A stretch of DNA of 63,982 nucleotides, counting the filler, from Porpidia crustulata (taxonomy: Eukaryota), in assembly GCA_964255105.1 (NCBI GenBank). It is 4 parts of 4 records of this genome, joined end to end, with 100 filler letters (N's around TTAATTAATTAA, not from the genome) between each part and the next. Parts side by side here need not be neighbours in the genome. Positions count along the whole stretch, not along the records: positions 33,216 to 49,696 come from CAXUWE010000255.1; positions 49,797 to 63,982 come from CAXUWE010000389.1; 2 more parts are not named here. One strand, given 5' to 3'. The translations under genes and the position numbers were made by a program. The notes below the pieces were generated by a model. It ran no database searches. It worked only from the letters and a program-made list of their open reading frames with translations, and had not been told where the DNA came from. Of the stretch, positions 36,396-50,774 are shown one piece after another. Every line of letters begins with the position of its first letter. Within the stretch, counting starts at the first letter, position 1.

Positions 36396-39300
36396 GTAGA
36401 GAGGGTTTGGGGAATTTAGGGCATTTACTTTTACCTGGGTTGTTCAGGGAGAGAACTGAGGAGACTTCTCTCCGGGGGCACGGCTAGATCTATCCAAGCC
36501 CAGGATTATATTGTAATAATAACAATAATAATGATAGTTCGGGTGTAACGCAAACTGGCTGGGCGAGGTGGGCGGCTTTAGACAGCACGGGAATACTCGA
36601 GTCTCCAGGTCGCGTGGGATGTGGAGGCGGTTGTCGCAGATTCGACACAATACGTTATACGATTGAACGCCAATAATGGAGTTTCCGAATGGAATTGTCC
36701 TTGAATCCCAATTTGGCATCAATGAAACATGTCCACTTCATCGGGCGTTTGCTGTAGAATACCTTTGAATAGAACTACGCGGTCGAGCTGGACATTGAAC
36801 CCTTGTACCAGGATTGAGTAAGACTCGCAGATTCGCAGTCTTGCAGTTGTGGAGAAGGGGAGGGGGGGCTAATGTGCAAATTGTGGTCTTACATGGTAAG
36901 GAAACTATGCAGCAGACAGTCTAGAAGCAAAACAGGCTTAAGCGTGTCCCGAGGGTGGTGTTTTGTGAGAGAGAGCAAGATGGTCTTGCCTGGTCTGTTC
37001 TGGCGCAAGTGGATGTTGGTGTCGTATAGCGTAAGTATAGCGTAATTGTAGCGTGACTGTAGCGTGCTCATAGCGCTGCGCTGCTGAATTACTCCTACCT
37101 TAGCGGGGGGGTCTCGCTCCAAAGTGTGGAGCGTGAACGAAACTCTTTTGCCCGCCTACATAGTGCTGGCCTTGCTCGGGGGAAAATCAACTTTAAATCC
37201 CGCGACCAAACCAGAATCAAATCTACAAAGCACTACGCACGTAGTGTGAGAGACTAAATCGATGATATTGAAACATCGGAATGATTTCTAGAATGCCATG
37301 TAGCAAAGGCTTCGCACAGATACCAGAGCGATATGATCACCGGCATACCAAACACCCACCCACTGTTCCATGATGCAAAAGCACATCCACGAGGACGTCA
37401 CCATCCAACCCTTTTCTGTGAACAGGGTCCTCCGCACTCTGCTGATGCACAGAATGGCAATCCCAAATCCGGCAGGTCCACCTCCGTCAAAACAGATCAC
37501 CATGGGTTTCGCCGCTGGGGTCAGAACATCGCTCTCCTCCACGTCAATTGATGCACGGAAGCTCTTAGCTTGGATGTTGACCACCGACACCAGGCATGGT
37601 GCCCCCCGGCTTGACATGCTTTGCAGTCGTTTCGACATCACGGAGGATTTCCCATCTGGTGCGCCCGTTCCGCGCTTTCTGATCAGACGCGCCTGGAAAC
37701 GATCTGGAGAGGGAGATGGACGGAGGCAGTCATTGTTCCTTGCATTGAGAACTGCCCAACTTGCCATGCCAGCAATAACCTTTGGTCTATTTCAAAACTT
37801 CAACCGCGAATAGCCGCAATTGACATGTGACTCATCAGTGGCGCTAAAGCAGGACACCCTCGAATCTACTGACGCTTCTCGATCACCCTAATCTTCCCGA
37901 TTCCGCCAAAATTTGACCGGCTTGCTTCCAAGTTACCATGGACGAAAATCCACAACTTGCCCAGTGCAGCGATATCGAGAATGAGTGTATACCGTACAAT
38001 TTCTTGAGCTGCTACTTTGTTCTCATAGTGCTTCAATTTCGACTACGACCAACTCTTCAGTAATGCTTGCCAAATCAATCACTTCTAACATTCAGACCCA
38101 CCACATTGGCCGGTGACAGAGCTAGTCGCTATGATTGATTGGCGAGACGCACGTTGGATGGGGTCCGGGGAAGCGGGAACGCCCTCAGCGTGGGGTTACT
38201 CCAATCTGACTAGACCCAACGTGGCCTTGTCGCTAATGATCAACCGCTCCGCACACGGCGTCGTAATGAGCCGGTGCGAGTGCGACAGGTTGAGTATCAA
38301 AACTGCTGCTTTGCCTCGGGGACTTGGTCAGAAGGGCCTGGAGGAATCCATGAACTGACAGATCGGATGCCATGTCCAACCATGTCGTCGTGTTGAGAAG
38401 AGATCGCGGCTTGCCAGACGGAGTAGAGCCGTCATGGTGTGTGGGTCGAACACTTGAAAAACATAAGCGAAGCGCTAGGCTCAATGAGGTGAGAATCTCA
38501 ATCGGCCCGTCGAACCAGGCTGGAGTTGAAAATTGCTGTCGTTAGACGCCGTTTCAATGACAACCTAATGGACGTTGACGACGCCGTCGAGTCACAATAA
38601 GCCGTGCGAGACATTCGAATAAATTTTTAATCGGATCGAAGGGTGGTCGAAAGTGTATAGTTTGACTGATTTCAAATGGCCGATAGTGCATCGGCTTTAT
38701 TGTTGCTATGGACCAAGGCCGAGGTGTGGAACGTGGCCGCGTGGACAAGGATGGTGGATGGGGCGAACCCCCACGCTCTAGTTTCGCCGCTAGGACCAGG
38801 GTCCGGGTCCCAACCATTCCTTCTCAATTGTCATCAGTAAGAATACAATTGTGAATCAATTAGAAAGTAGATCCAGTACAGTGATCGACCATGCGCATTG
38901 CGCACACGACACATGGATATATCGAAAAAGCGGGGTTAGGAGTCTTGCAAGACTGCCGATCGCTAATCTCATGCAGCTCGAAGCCCAATGAAACAATTTG
39001 CCCCCCGGCAGGAGATGCTTGGCCATAGCGCAGATCCACTTTCAACATGCAGACGTGCCGAAGTAACAGCAGCACGCATAGAGTGTATGTAGCCTTCAGC
39101 CTGTGAGATGGCAGTGTCAGTTGCCGCGACAGAGCAGCTTTGACTGTGTAGCAAGGTACCAAAACATGGTGACGGCCATCGAGATACATCAAGATGCTGG
39201 CCGCTCATAAGCGATGCCGGCATCGTTCTTTTGTCGGCAAGAAAATAGCGAAGGGCCCGCGAATCCTGACAGAGCAGGGACACGGATGACATGCCGATAT

Positions 39301-39832
39301 AACAATCCTTTCATTCGAACAGCGGAAGAAAGCGTGGCAATGCTTCCGTCGGGAGGATCACGTAAGCCCTGGGCTATCGGGGAAGAGATAGGTAGCCGGT
39401 GTTATGGCAATCGTGGCCTTTGCGGGCAGTGGTTTCAGCCATGGGAGCAACATGTCTTCGACGTCGCTCTTACAATGAACATCCAGCGTCGAGAGACAGT
39501 GCGGCGTTGACAGGTAATCCATCGCATGACATGACTGCAAGCTACTGCCATATTCTTCACTTGCGCTGTTTCCTGCTCTCGAAGGCAGACGATCCATCTA
39601 GATCTTGGCTGTTATTATTCGTTCCTTGTAGCAATAGGAGTTCGTGCGGCAATCAAGTATAATCGTGCAAGGCTGTTCACAATAGAGACCAGTTTTTTGA
39701 TATGTATCATGCATCGTGTGAAATATAGGGAAATGTTGGATGCCCAATACTCTGAAGCTGAAGGATTGAAAATAGATTCCTGAAGAAGAGATGAGAGGTT
39801 CATATAAGAGTCCAAATGACGCGATTTCCCAA

Positions 39833-40122
39833 AGATAAGGATACTCTCGTATAAAGGTCGCAATGCTGCATCGAGCCCTCCTGCATGCTAGGTGCCGATC
39901 TCGACGCAAGTGGATATCGGGAATTCCAGGTACTGGTCCTCCAAAAAGTGGTGATGGCTACTGGGAACAACCTGCACACCCGCTGCAACTGACGCTGATA
40001 AGATAGATCCGGAAGCATTCAGAACCAGTGAACTTGCCCGGAAAGATAAGGACGCCACGTGGTAAATGCCATTGAAGGAACTCAAGCCATGTGGATGGAG
40101 GCATATATGTGATATAAGATAA
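39833..40122 (+). promoter_or_regulatory. Cluster of five HGATAR (GATA-factor) sites
   Basis: AGATAA 39833, TGATAA 39996, AGATAG 40001, AGATAA 40044, AGATAA 40117, all on one strand, ~3.5 kb upstream of areA. Confidence 0.3.
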
Positions 40123-40920
40123 CCCTTCTTTCAGACCCTTGCCACATATGTGTCACAAATGAGAACAGAGATGTGAAACCCCTGACCGCGTAAACGTCTG
40201 TCATACTCTTGGTATTCCGGAATTCACATCGATGCTTGATTGAAGAGATGGATATGCATTAGCTTTATCCGCGTATCAGTGCAACGATCTTTCCCTTTGC
40301 CAAGCAGCAAACAAAATAACGCCATTTTGAAAGATATGACCTCATGTCTAATCCCAGTAAAGAAACAAGAATCCATCCGGAATCCTGAACCCCATTGCAG
40401 TCCTAAACACAGAAAGGAATGGAAACAACTATTGATATGATTTCCAACGTATGGAGTCCGAGGCGATGTGCATACGCGCGACATCACATGATCCTGTCAA
40501 ACAGAGCAACCATGGTCCAGAGGTCTTGCCAAGTGGAGTGACGGGTAGGGCCGGACTGCCAAAGAGGCGAAGTTGTGCCTAAGCCATTGACTTGGTCCAT
40601 GAGTAGTTTCATTATCTGACGGATTGATCATCAACATGCCAAGTCATTAGTCTGTCGAGCAGATGAGCTTGTCGATGGATGCAGACGAAGATTTGTTGCT
40701 TGAGAAATGAAACTGAATGGTGTGCTCCTCTGTTACAATAGGTTCCGTCCAAAGTATGAACATATAGGGCTCCAGAGTTGTGTAAATGGCATCAAAGTTA
40801 GGCCAGGCCAAGATCTGGACCAGGTATGTATATCGTGGGCCCCGTAAAGGTTCGGCACTTTGACCTGACCTCCATCGAATGGCCAACTGGGAACTTATAA
40901 TGTTGTACATTATGGCACTC

Positions 40921-41745
40921 TCACCATCCGGGGCCCTTGGCTTGGAACGCCTTTTCCCTTTTGCATTTGGGGCCACACTGCTCTGGCTCGCTGTTGCCTT
41001 GCAAAATATATTTGTCTTCTTGCATCGTGCAGTCCTCCTCGCCAACGAGCCTTGCATTTGCCACCTCTTCTTCCGTCACGCCTCTCCATTCCTCGATAGG
41101 AATCCACCCAATGTAAGCCCTGTCTCCAAATCCTCCGAACCAGTAGAACTCCTCGACTACTAATTTGCCCCACCAGCTCTCATGTATGTCGTTTCCTGGC
41201 GACCAGATCTGCGCGTCGGGGTGCGTCTTCAAGAAACAAGCCTTGATGTTATTATCTGTCACTTCCGACACCGAGAGCGGCTGGATGTGTCCGATCAAAC
41301 TGAAGCGGGGTAAATTGGCAGGCGAGTAGAGGTAGGGGTCGTCCGAGGGTGGATGATCCGCCGGAGGCTCATAGCGTAAGGACAACGTCACATTGCTGCC
41401 AGCTCGGGCATTCTTGAGTGTAGTGGCGATACTGACAGCAAGGATTGTCGGATTGTATGGTTGGGGGCCGCAGGATGCGTAGTAATCTGTCAATGCCATC
41501 GGGGCACCACCAACATCGCTCGGGCGGTTTTCGAAGGTGGAGGCCGTGCTTGGGAATACGGTGGAAAAGGTGGCTATTGAAGAACGATTGAGTATACGAC
41601 GTGCTTGGATAGCGGACTCATGAACAGTGGGGAAATGCCAACGCTGAGATGACGGCTGATCAGGATTGCTGAAGACATGCTGGGGATTGAGATTCATGGA
41701 GGTGGCCAAGGGAAATGAGAAAAGGAAGAGCGACGTGAAGATCAT
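40921..41745 (-). CDS. CREG-like / pyridoxamine 5'-phosphate oxidase-fold protein with signal peptide
   Basis: Hydrophobic N-terminus MIFTSLFLFSFPLATS; PTVHESAIQARRIL, SPANLPRFSLIG, CFLKTHPDAQIW.PG, YWFGGFGDRAYIGWIP. Confidence 0.88.
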   Translation of the reverse strand: MIFTSLFLFSFPLATSMNLNPQHVFSNPDQPSSQRWHFPTVHESAIQARRILNRSSIATFSTVFPSTASTFENRPSDVGGAPMALTDYYASCGPQPYNPTILAVSIATTLKNARAGSNVTLSLRYEPPADHPPSDDPYLYSPANLPRFSLIGHIQPLSVSEVTDNNIKACFLKTHPDAQIWSPGNDIHESWWGKLVVEEFYWFGGFGDRAYIGWIPIEEWRGVTEEEVANARLVGEEDCTMQEDKYILQGNSEPEQCGPKCKREKAFQAKGPGW

Positions 41746-44700
41746 TTTGGTATGGTGTATGGAAAGCGAGTAGATGTATGTACAAGCAGAAAAGCTCAGC
41801 GGATTGTCTAAAACGTAAATGGACGTGGACGGAAACTGTAAGATTGAATGGATTGTAGACAACACGTCTTTAGGTGACGACATTGATAATGCAGAAGCGC
41901 TAGGGTAACCAAATCTCCAGGTAAACAAGGTATACTATGTGACTATTTAACCACCAAAAGCTATGAAGCTACTCGTATCATGCGATCATTCTATCCATTC
42001 TGCTGAGCTTCTCATATGCTTGGGAACCTCGATAACTTGGTTGACCATTCAACACCTTGTCCCCAAAGCCCGCATTGTAAATAACGACGTGCTAACGTTC
42101 AAGACCACACAATCCTGATTACACATTCTAGATGACTGACGCCCTGATATCTACAGAGAAGAGGCTACCAGGATAACATGTCCATTCACAGAGGTTATAC
42201 TGAATCGACCGATTACAGCATAGCCCATTGCAAGCCTCACTGCTCTAGGCAGCCAAGGGAACCATAAGCGCACGCCCCCTGGAAGCAAGACATGCTTGTA
42301 ATTCCTGACCGTAAGATATCACAACGTAGAGACCATTGAGCTGGTCACCCACTTCGAATGTCTCGCGGGAGCTCTCATTACGGGCAAGTCTTGGAACGTA
42401 CACTGCTCCAAGGACTGCAGCCAAGGTTCATCCGAGAGTAATACTAATTTGAGCTCTGTTGTTCCCAGTGAGTACCGCAGCAAATGCTATTATCTGAGTA
42501 GCTGCTGAGATGAGAAGACTGGGGTTGGTGATATGTGTCTAGATATCTGGCGCATGGTGGTACGATGCTGAGAAGCCTTGGGGGTTTCCTTTTCGATCGA
42601 GCTACCTAGCTTATTCACTTATTCGAGTAGAGCCAGCCTGTAATGAGTGATCCTCTTGCGATCAGTCACGGTGGAAAGCACATAAGAGTATACTTAGGCT
42701 GTTGTCTGCGTGCAGAAATTTTGATATCAATACCTGAGATCGCAATGGCTTGGAAATGACAGGCACGTTCGACCAACAGAGATGCTGGTGAGTTTCCCGG
42801 CCCAAGACGCCTGGGTCTAGATCGAGACACAATAGAAGGGATCCAGAATAGAGCCGAGCAGCCCTGCAAGCTTTAGTAGTAGGAGACGGTTTGAAGTCAA
42901 TTGGTTCCATTTTCCGCGTATCACTGAAAAACCTTGATTGCAGCCGCAGCAAGGAACCCTGTTGACTTTCAACCACTTGAAGGCTTTCGTGGATGCTCAT
43001 TTTGGGAGCAATGAAGGGTAAGTATGTTCAGGCGTTGTGATTCCGATTTCGACGTGTTCTCCAACATCCGGTCGGTGAGTAGCAGCCTCTCAAGGTGTCG
43101 AGTGAGATCTGTGTGTATTCTGGTATATAGTCCTTGACATCTTATTGTACACTTTGATTTCCTTCAATGCTTCCATGAGCGATCCAGAGGATAGCGGCAG
43201 CCACCATGTGTGTAGATGACGAAGTCCTACGCAAGCTTCTTGCAAGATCATTCATGGCAAAAAGATTCTCGGAGTAAGCACATCACATATTCTGCATACG
43301 TGTCTCATTCTAGAAAAAGTGGCTAGCACAGTTAATGAGACTGGGCATCAGTGGACCGCAGATGGTAAGAATGAGATACATCCAGACGACGTAAGGAGAT
43401 TTGGAGGGAACGTAGAGTCGACATAAAGAGATCCATAGAGAGATCAGGATCTAAATGGTATAAAAAATCACTGGCGGGACAATCACACAATGGCCACAGT
43501 ACGATAGAACCTTTTGCTCTCCTGAGAGTGACGAAAGCACCCACACGAGAGTCCAGGTATGAGACCTGGCAGGGTATAGCTGTTTAATTGCCATCCATTG
43601 TGTGTGTGCCATCCTGGAAATATTCGATAGACTCGACATGCGTTTGTCTCCGATATTTCGCCAAGTTTTCTAGGATAAGAGCGATTATGTACCAAGTCTA
43701 GGAGGCTTGATAGTTCACGCGTCGGTCTGAAGGCTCGTGAGGGAGTCCGACGGGGAAAGCGCATAACAGCGGAGAAGTAATCTTTTAGAAAGGTCTAGGT
43801 AGACATACTGCTGTTTTCGAGTAAGCCCCAGTTGCGATTTTTGATTCGGAACCTACAAAATGGAAGGCTAAGGGTTGCAAATGTCCGACGGAGTAATCTG
43901 TTTGAAGCAGCCGATGAACGAAGAACAGCCATTCAAGCTAACAAGCTTTGCTCCCAGTGTTGGCATTGAGTGCAGTTCATCGCAAATTTCTGCATTGTTG
44001 TAAAGATAGGAGTAAGATTGACATAGATTTGGAGTATGTCTGTGCGTGCTTGGGACATATGAGTCAACTTGATAAGGGATAAAAACATCAAGTAGAGTTG
44101 TATTTCGAATATGAAAGAATGGATAGGATGAAAAGAAGTGTGTCAAATGCACCTGGTCGGTGTAGGCCGCCACATATTACAATCGCCATTCGTTTCCCTT
44201 GCCTTCTACACAAGTGGCATCGAATATGCTGTGTCCTGCAATTCTTACTATCGGTGAGGACCATCGAGAAAAGATGATAGCATATGTTTTTTTTTTCCTG
44301 TTACCAAAAGATTCTCGAACCGTGGCGTTCATTGCTGGACCGCTTGGGAATAACTTCTGTTGATAATCTTGCAGGTAGAAGCAGTTTTTCCTGGCTACCG
44401 CAATTGAAGGATACTAGGGTCTAACAAAGGCCTAAGGCCGTAGCGTGGTACATGCTGTGACATTGCATCTGCCGACAGGTGGAGATATAATACCTCAGAC
44501 CCGTGAACGTGCGTTGCATACGTACGATGAACTGTACTAACAAGAGGTTCGAGCATGCACTGGCGCGTAGGGTATTATAGGGAAATGGTGGTAGAGCATT
44601 TCATCTCAAATGCTATCCCGGAAATGGTTTGATATGCGTGTCGAGAACATGCACAAAGCTTTACAGCCCTCCAGAAGTGTGCGGAAATTACTTTGCATCA

Positions 44701-47700
44701 GATGGTAAGTCATGCCGTGGCCAACTGGCCTGGCACAAGGTAGTTGACAATCGGCTTTCTGCATGTGTAGAGAACGTAAGCGAGGTGGTGTGGTTCTCAT
44801 GATTCGATGTGCGAGTCCAACAGGATAGAACCTCCATTTCTACTCTCTGATTTGCTAGAGAATGCTGCGAGCCATCGGATAAGCCCTGATCTGGGGAAAA
44901 GTTGCTCCTGCATGTAGTGATAGGTGCTGTCCAAGGAGTTCTTGGCCTGCTGTTGCTTGCTGATGATCGATAGTCCCGGGGTGCTAGTAGATTTTCAGGG
45001 CCAGCGACAGATCAAATAATGATGACGGCGCTCCATTCATGCACCCGCTGGCATTTCACACGATGAACTGAAACGAGCTCATTGGCAGCAACGACATGGA
45101 AAATGGCGATGAGTGCAAAGCTTGCATGCATTACTTGCTGATTTCGGGATGGCTGCCACCCTAGTTGACAAAAGCCTTGTGGGAGGTTGGCCTTAGGTAG
45201 CCGTGCACGCCGTAGTAGACACTTTCGTGTGGGTGGGAGGTTCCTATTATTCCGAACACGCATTCGACGAAGCTTTGCTAAATGCCAAGGCGACAGTGCA
45301 GTTCAATGTGGTGACCACCCCTTCTACTATGATCGAGAGATAGCCACTGCGAGACTAACTTGATCAACTCCATACATACACGGACCGTATCAATAGGCAG
45401 CAGAATAGTCAGTCGGTACTTGAGGAAGGAAAAGAGCTACGAATCCGAAAAATCTTCCGACTTTCAGTGGATTCGTCAATTCGGTTACACTACTACGAAG
45501 TCGTAGTACTTCGCAAGGCTACCTTAGGTTTGCTCACTCTTAGCTAATCGACGCCTTCTAGCATTGCTCAAGCGAGCATGTAGTGGGTTTCTGGAATGTG
45601 ACTTTAGAAGCAAATGGGCATTTTTCTAAAGATTAGAAAGGGCCGAAAACCAGATCAGATGACATATGGCAAGGCAACAATGGTTTCGTCTCCCACCATC
45701 GGGGCACAGGAGGGCCTAAAGCTGCACCTGGATTTGTGTGACAACGGACGGGAGGAGATCGTTACGATAACCGCGAAAATCATCTCGTTTGAGGGCATTT
45801 AGGATTGCCTAGCCCGTGAGTCAGCTTGTCGATCGAGGCGAAATGCCATCGACTAGCGGACCGTCTGCGTCCTTTGGGGCCACACTAATGCTAGAGAAGT
45901 CGAGAACCGAGCATGTCAAAGTTTTCATTTTGCCTCGAGCCCTGATTGCATCGGTCAAGCTCTCATGCTGTCATTCTGTGAAGTCGTGGTGAACGGCCAC
46001 GGGAATAACCGTAAGAATCCGTGGAGTTCCTGCTGCTTGACAAGCTTTTACACATAGATGTTGGACTACTTCCGTGTGGCACTAGAAAGGATATGATAGT
46101 GCTCGGACCAAATGGTAGTAGAACATATGCACGGCAATGCGTCCATCTCTGTTGAGTTTGCGAGCTCGCCTTGACTTATGGAAGAGGCGTACAAGTGACA
46201 GCTTTATTGCGGGGACTTTAACTTGATGCAGCCTTGTTGATGCTCACGGATGTCGTCTCTGACCAGAGAACTAGCGCACATGCCGCATTGCGCAAGGACA
46301 GCATTATCGGATCACGCAGTCTTTTTTGGTAGCTTTCTTCGCCAATATTGACGGCGGATGCTTGGACTTATCGACCACCTATGGCCCTCTCTGTGATTCC
46401 TAACGAAATTTGTGGATTGGTCAATGTTGACTGCATCATAAATTAAATTAATTTGGAAACAAAGATAATCATTAGTTCTTGATGTGACCAGTTTTTGTGT
46501 ATGATTAGCATTAGAACCGATCGGATACACTCTTTGCTCGGCGGGAGATCCCCTCAATTACGCGGTAGTGCTCACAAAGAGCGACCCCTACCACCAATTC
46601 GGAAAATTTGGCGGAGATTCTGTACCTCGTTAGTGCATGACCTGTCAAAATGAAGGGGCCCTTTTCATTATCGATAGCCTTGCATGTTCTCGTTTCAATT
46701 TGTGAAGAGCGTGCAGTGCATACAGTAGGTGAGTGGTACGTGTCCTGAAGCCGCGGAACCTGGCAAGTCGCGGATTGTGAATAGCCACTACCATATTTTG
46801 GTTCATTATGTTTGCTGGAGCACTTTTGGCTATGCGCACAGGCTCGTTGGCCGTCGTAATATCAGATATTTCTGCACCATATGACGATCTGTCTGTAGAA
46901 CACTGCAGGTTGGTGGTTTACTGAGAAGGCGATGTGAAATGCGGCGCAAAGATGCTTTTGCTGGATGCGGCAAGTGTATCACCTTGCGTCCGCAGGATGC
47001 AACTTTGACATAGTCTCATCCCGAGCTGGACGTCTTCGCAGCTGGTACTGTTCATCCCTGTTCGCTGGCACTACTTCACCTTCTATCCTAAACACACGTC
47101 TCTATTCGTGCGGAGTTATCCTAACCTCTGTTCGTCGTCCGACCACCACTGAACCCCTCATCCGATTCTGACCATGTCCGACTAGGCTTGTCCAGTACAA
47201 GACCAGGAACAGAATGCTGGAATTCAGAAAGGGATTTTCATCTCAAGAAAGTCTTTGTTCGCTGACGATGTGCTTGGACTCCTTCTGTTCCCCCTTCTGC
47301 AGATCTTCTCAATACTATGCCCAATCGGATATGCTCGACCTCAAGTTGGCACATCTGTCGGGCGTTTAAGGTAACGAGGCTTGAGAGGAAGAAGAAGGAG
47401 GCGCTGCAAGCTATTGTTTGTTGGATGAATCTGTGCGCCGATGCTACCAATTTGTCTTGATGTAATCTGACTGAACACTCGGCGTAGAAGGCCCTCTTGA
47501 AGTCACGACCAATGTTATTCGTTGGAATTCCGAGCTTCTGACTGCAAACGTCGGTATTGTTTGGGGTTGCATGTAAGACAGTGATAGCAGACACGGCCGA
47601 CCCCATGTGACGATCAAGCCGACTGCAAGAAATCATTCAAGAGGCCTTACCCTTGATCCCAGTATATGATCTATCGACTGTCAATCATGTACGGCTTATT

Positions 47701-48404
47701 CCAGTCAAGTCAGTCGTCCATTATAGTCAGAGGAGTGGTGTTGCCTGTCCTTGCACATCAGGGGGGAAATGTGGTTTAAGCGCGGGGATGGTAGACCTTC
47801 TGGAAGAGCGGTCCGAGTGGTGGAGGCTGGAAGGGAAACCACCACAGTGCTTACGGTGATAGTAGTACCCATCAGGACCAAGGCAATCTCTCAAAGAATT
47901 CTCAGTACTAGGTATGTAATTGAACGACGAGCAATAATGCCTACCGGGCAGTAGTTGAGGTGAAGTGGTACAAATGAATACCGAGTGCCTGGCCAACAGC
48001 AATAGCAACGAAAATGATCGTCACATTTGCATCATTACCCATAAGTACTATTATTATATTTGATGCTCGCGATGGCAGGCGGAGAGGATTTCCATTGACT
48101 GGGGGGCGGAAAGGTGGCCTAAAGCCGTTAAGGCGGCTTCGATCAGTGAGCACTTTAAATGTCATCCTCCCAACATCCACATGGTCTTGATCATCGGAGG
48201 ACTGAGATTAGTGGAAAAGGAAGATCGTCTGGGACCACCTGCGCCGTCGATCAATCAGGGATCAACCGGGACGGCAAGGGTAGGCGGAAGAGTCTAACGC
48301 ACAGCGTATATAGCGTATATAGCCTGCCAGAATTCACCAATCGCCACACTCCCCACCGAATTACCCCAACACGTCGGGGAAACATCCTGAAAGCCTCTGA
48401 TTGT

Positions 48405-48474
48405 TACTACTACTACTACCACTACTACAACTACCTACTGCTACTACTGCTACTACTGCTACTGCCACTACTAC
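48405..48474 (+). repeat. Imperfect (TAC/CTA/CTG)n microsatellite
   Basis: tactactactactaccactactacaactacctactgctactactgc... Confidence 0.9.
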
Positions 48475-49549
48475 ATATGACATTCCGATCGTCGGGTTGG
48501 CAATCATTGGATGTACCCGTATTGCTCTCGCATCTTACATGCTTGATGGTCTTTACACTAGTAGTCACGAGGCGATCGTGACGTCGAACCCGACGTGAAA
48601 ATTTCAATTGCCCCTCACAAAGACGTTCAATGGTGAGCTTGCTCTGCCAGGATGCCTGTACCGTGAGGTACAACGATACCGGAAGAATTAAGTGGCGCGG
48701 CAGGGATTTAGATGCTCGGCAGGGAGTAGGGATGGACACATCTGGAGACCTCCATGTATTCATATACAGTAGTGGTAGGCATAGTATTCTATACCCAGGT
48801 ACTAATTCCACATAAGGTAGCGAATGAAGATGGCCTACCTCAAAGTAGGCAGAAGCAGGTAATTCGGTGCTATTCTCGACCAACTAGGTAATTTGATACG
48901 GCCCACTGACGTTCCGTGCTACTCTCCACAAAATGACAGCTTCCGAGTTGAGACGTTTGAAACCAAATTACCCACAGCTGCTAGTCTAACGGACGGTATC
49001 TCCAAAAGTCGTGATTCGAGAGTCAACAACATTTGTCAAGCTCTTTCATTCTGCCCTCTTTAGCTCCAGAATTGACACGGTCATTCCACCGCCCCCTCGT
49101 ACCTCATCCGGTCATGCTATAGACCTCTCATTTGTTCCGAGTAAGGTCTGGATGGGGGGATCGTCAGACTCCAGTTTGCACTTATACTTTGCACCTCGTG
49201 GCAGTGGTAAGTGATAGGAATTGATCGAGTACCTAGAGTACCTAATATGGACACCAAAGTAAGTTTTACTGTTCACCTATGATACCACCCATTCTTTCGT
49301 CCGCGTCCCTGGCATTGGGAATCCCAAGCCCTCAGCCAAGGTACGTGGTACGTGGGTACGTACATAGTACCGGCGGCGGGTCCGGCCAAGATTAACGACT
49401 GGGATTGTAAACGGCTTCCTTGGCTTGTTGACATAGCACGACTAGACTACTACACTAAGGGACCACACTACTACTGCCTATCACAACCGCACTATTACTT
49501 CTACGTACCTTACATTACCCTCGGACCACGGTTCACACTCCACAGTCCC

Positions 49550-49592
49550 CAGACTACAGACCACAGACCACAGACCACGGACCACAAGACTA
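49550..49592 (+). repeat. Imperfect 7-bp (CACAGAC)n tandem repeat
   Basis: cagactacagaccacagaccacagaccacggaccacaagac. Confidence 0.85.
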
Positions 49593-49696
49593 CAAGTCTT
49601 TCCCACCTCCCGACTTCCTCCCTACCTACTACCAACATGAACTCATGACCATGCTTGCTTCTTGAAGATCAGGGCACCTTCCGGGAAGCTTGCGTC

Positions 49697-49796
49697 NNNN
49701 NNNNNNNNNNNNNNNNNNNNNNNNNNNNNNNNNNNNNNNNTTAATTAATTAANNNNNNNNNNNNNNNNNNNNNNNNNNNNNNNNNNNNNNNNNNNN
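49697..49796. other. Assembly gap with TTAATTAATTAA linker
   Basis: N-run with a central linker. Confidence 0.99.
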
Positions 49797-50774
49797 GTGT
49801 GTGAGGATGGAAAGTTTCTCTTCCGTGGTGCGCGAGGATGGACCGGGATTTTCGGGAGCCTGTTGGTGGGGTTTTAATGCATGGTGGTAGGATCAGAATC
49901 TCAGACTTCTTGGACTCGATGCTGTACAGCTTGGGTTAGGGGGTTTCTTTGGATGAAAGGCGGTGGATTTTATGTTTTTTGTGAGTGCAGAGGCGAGGAC
50001 GGGAGCTTCCCGAGTCCGGTGTTGAGCATAGATATGCGGCGATCTACAGAATATATCTACCACAATGAATCGAATTATATTTATATCTTGGCGGATCTTG
50101 AAAATGTTTCCAATGCTTTCCAATCACCAAATCACCCTCAAGCGCAGCGCAGGAAGCGTCGGGGAAATTCAATGCATTATGATTACTACCTAAATCGCGA
50201 AATCACCCTCAAGAGTATACTCTCTTGCTCCTGGATCTATAACAAAAATGTAGCCGCTGCTCCTGTTCTCATGTATTTCTTCAACCAAACCCAACTCTTC
50301 TGAGACGCATCTCCTACCTATGCCACCAGCTCGTGAAGACATTACGTCCTGAGCAGACCCCAGCTCTTGCAGTACTATCGGAAGAAATCAAACATTACGC
50401 TCGTTGTATGTTTCGGTTTATAACCAATCCTGATCTCTGAATCTGTTTCTGCTTGGGCTGCCCAATTTCAGCCGCTTGAGGTATCTCCATGCTATCTATA
50501 ATTGTTCCCATGCTATGCTCGAAATGCTCGAAAGAGAGAAAAAAATGTAAGAAAAAGCGCATGTATAATTATGTGGATAAAGAGGGACGTCGCAGCAACT
50601 ATGCTGGCAGATACGTCACCAAGGCTGCGATATGCCTAAACTATACAAATCAAATTCCGCTGTGTCGTGTTTGGTCGGAGGTTTGCAATTCCGAAGATGC
50701 AGGATATATTTGGCGGGAGCAGGTGGACATTCCTACGAGCCTTATGAGCTGCAAAGACGTACCTCTGGTTGTCT

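Noticed and set aside
37288..37830. Overlapping 147-159 aa ORFs on both strands upstream of areA
   Set aside because: No recognisable motif or coding-like composition; probably chance ORFs.
41746..41928. N-terminal extension of the CREG-like ORF
   Set aside because: Non-ATG start; the signal peptide begins at the Met at 41745.
48159..48883. ORFs with poly-Y/L/S/T runs
   Set aside because: Products of the trinucleotide microsatellite.
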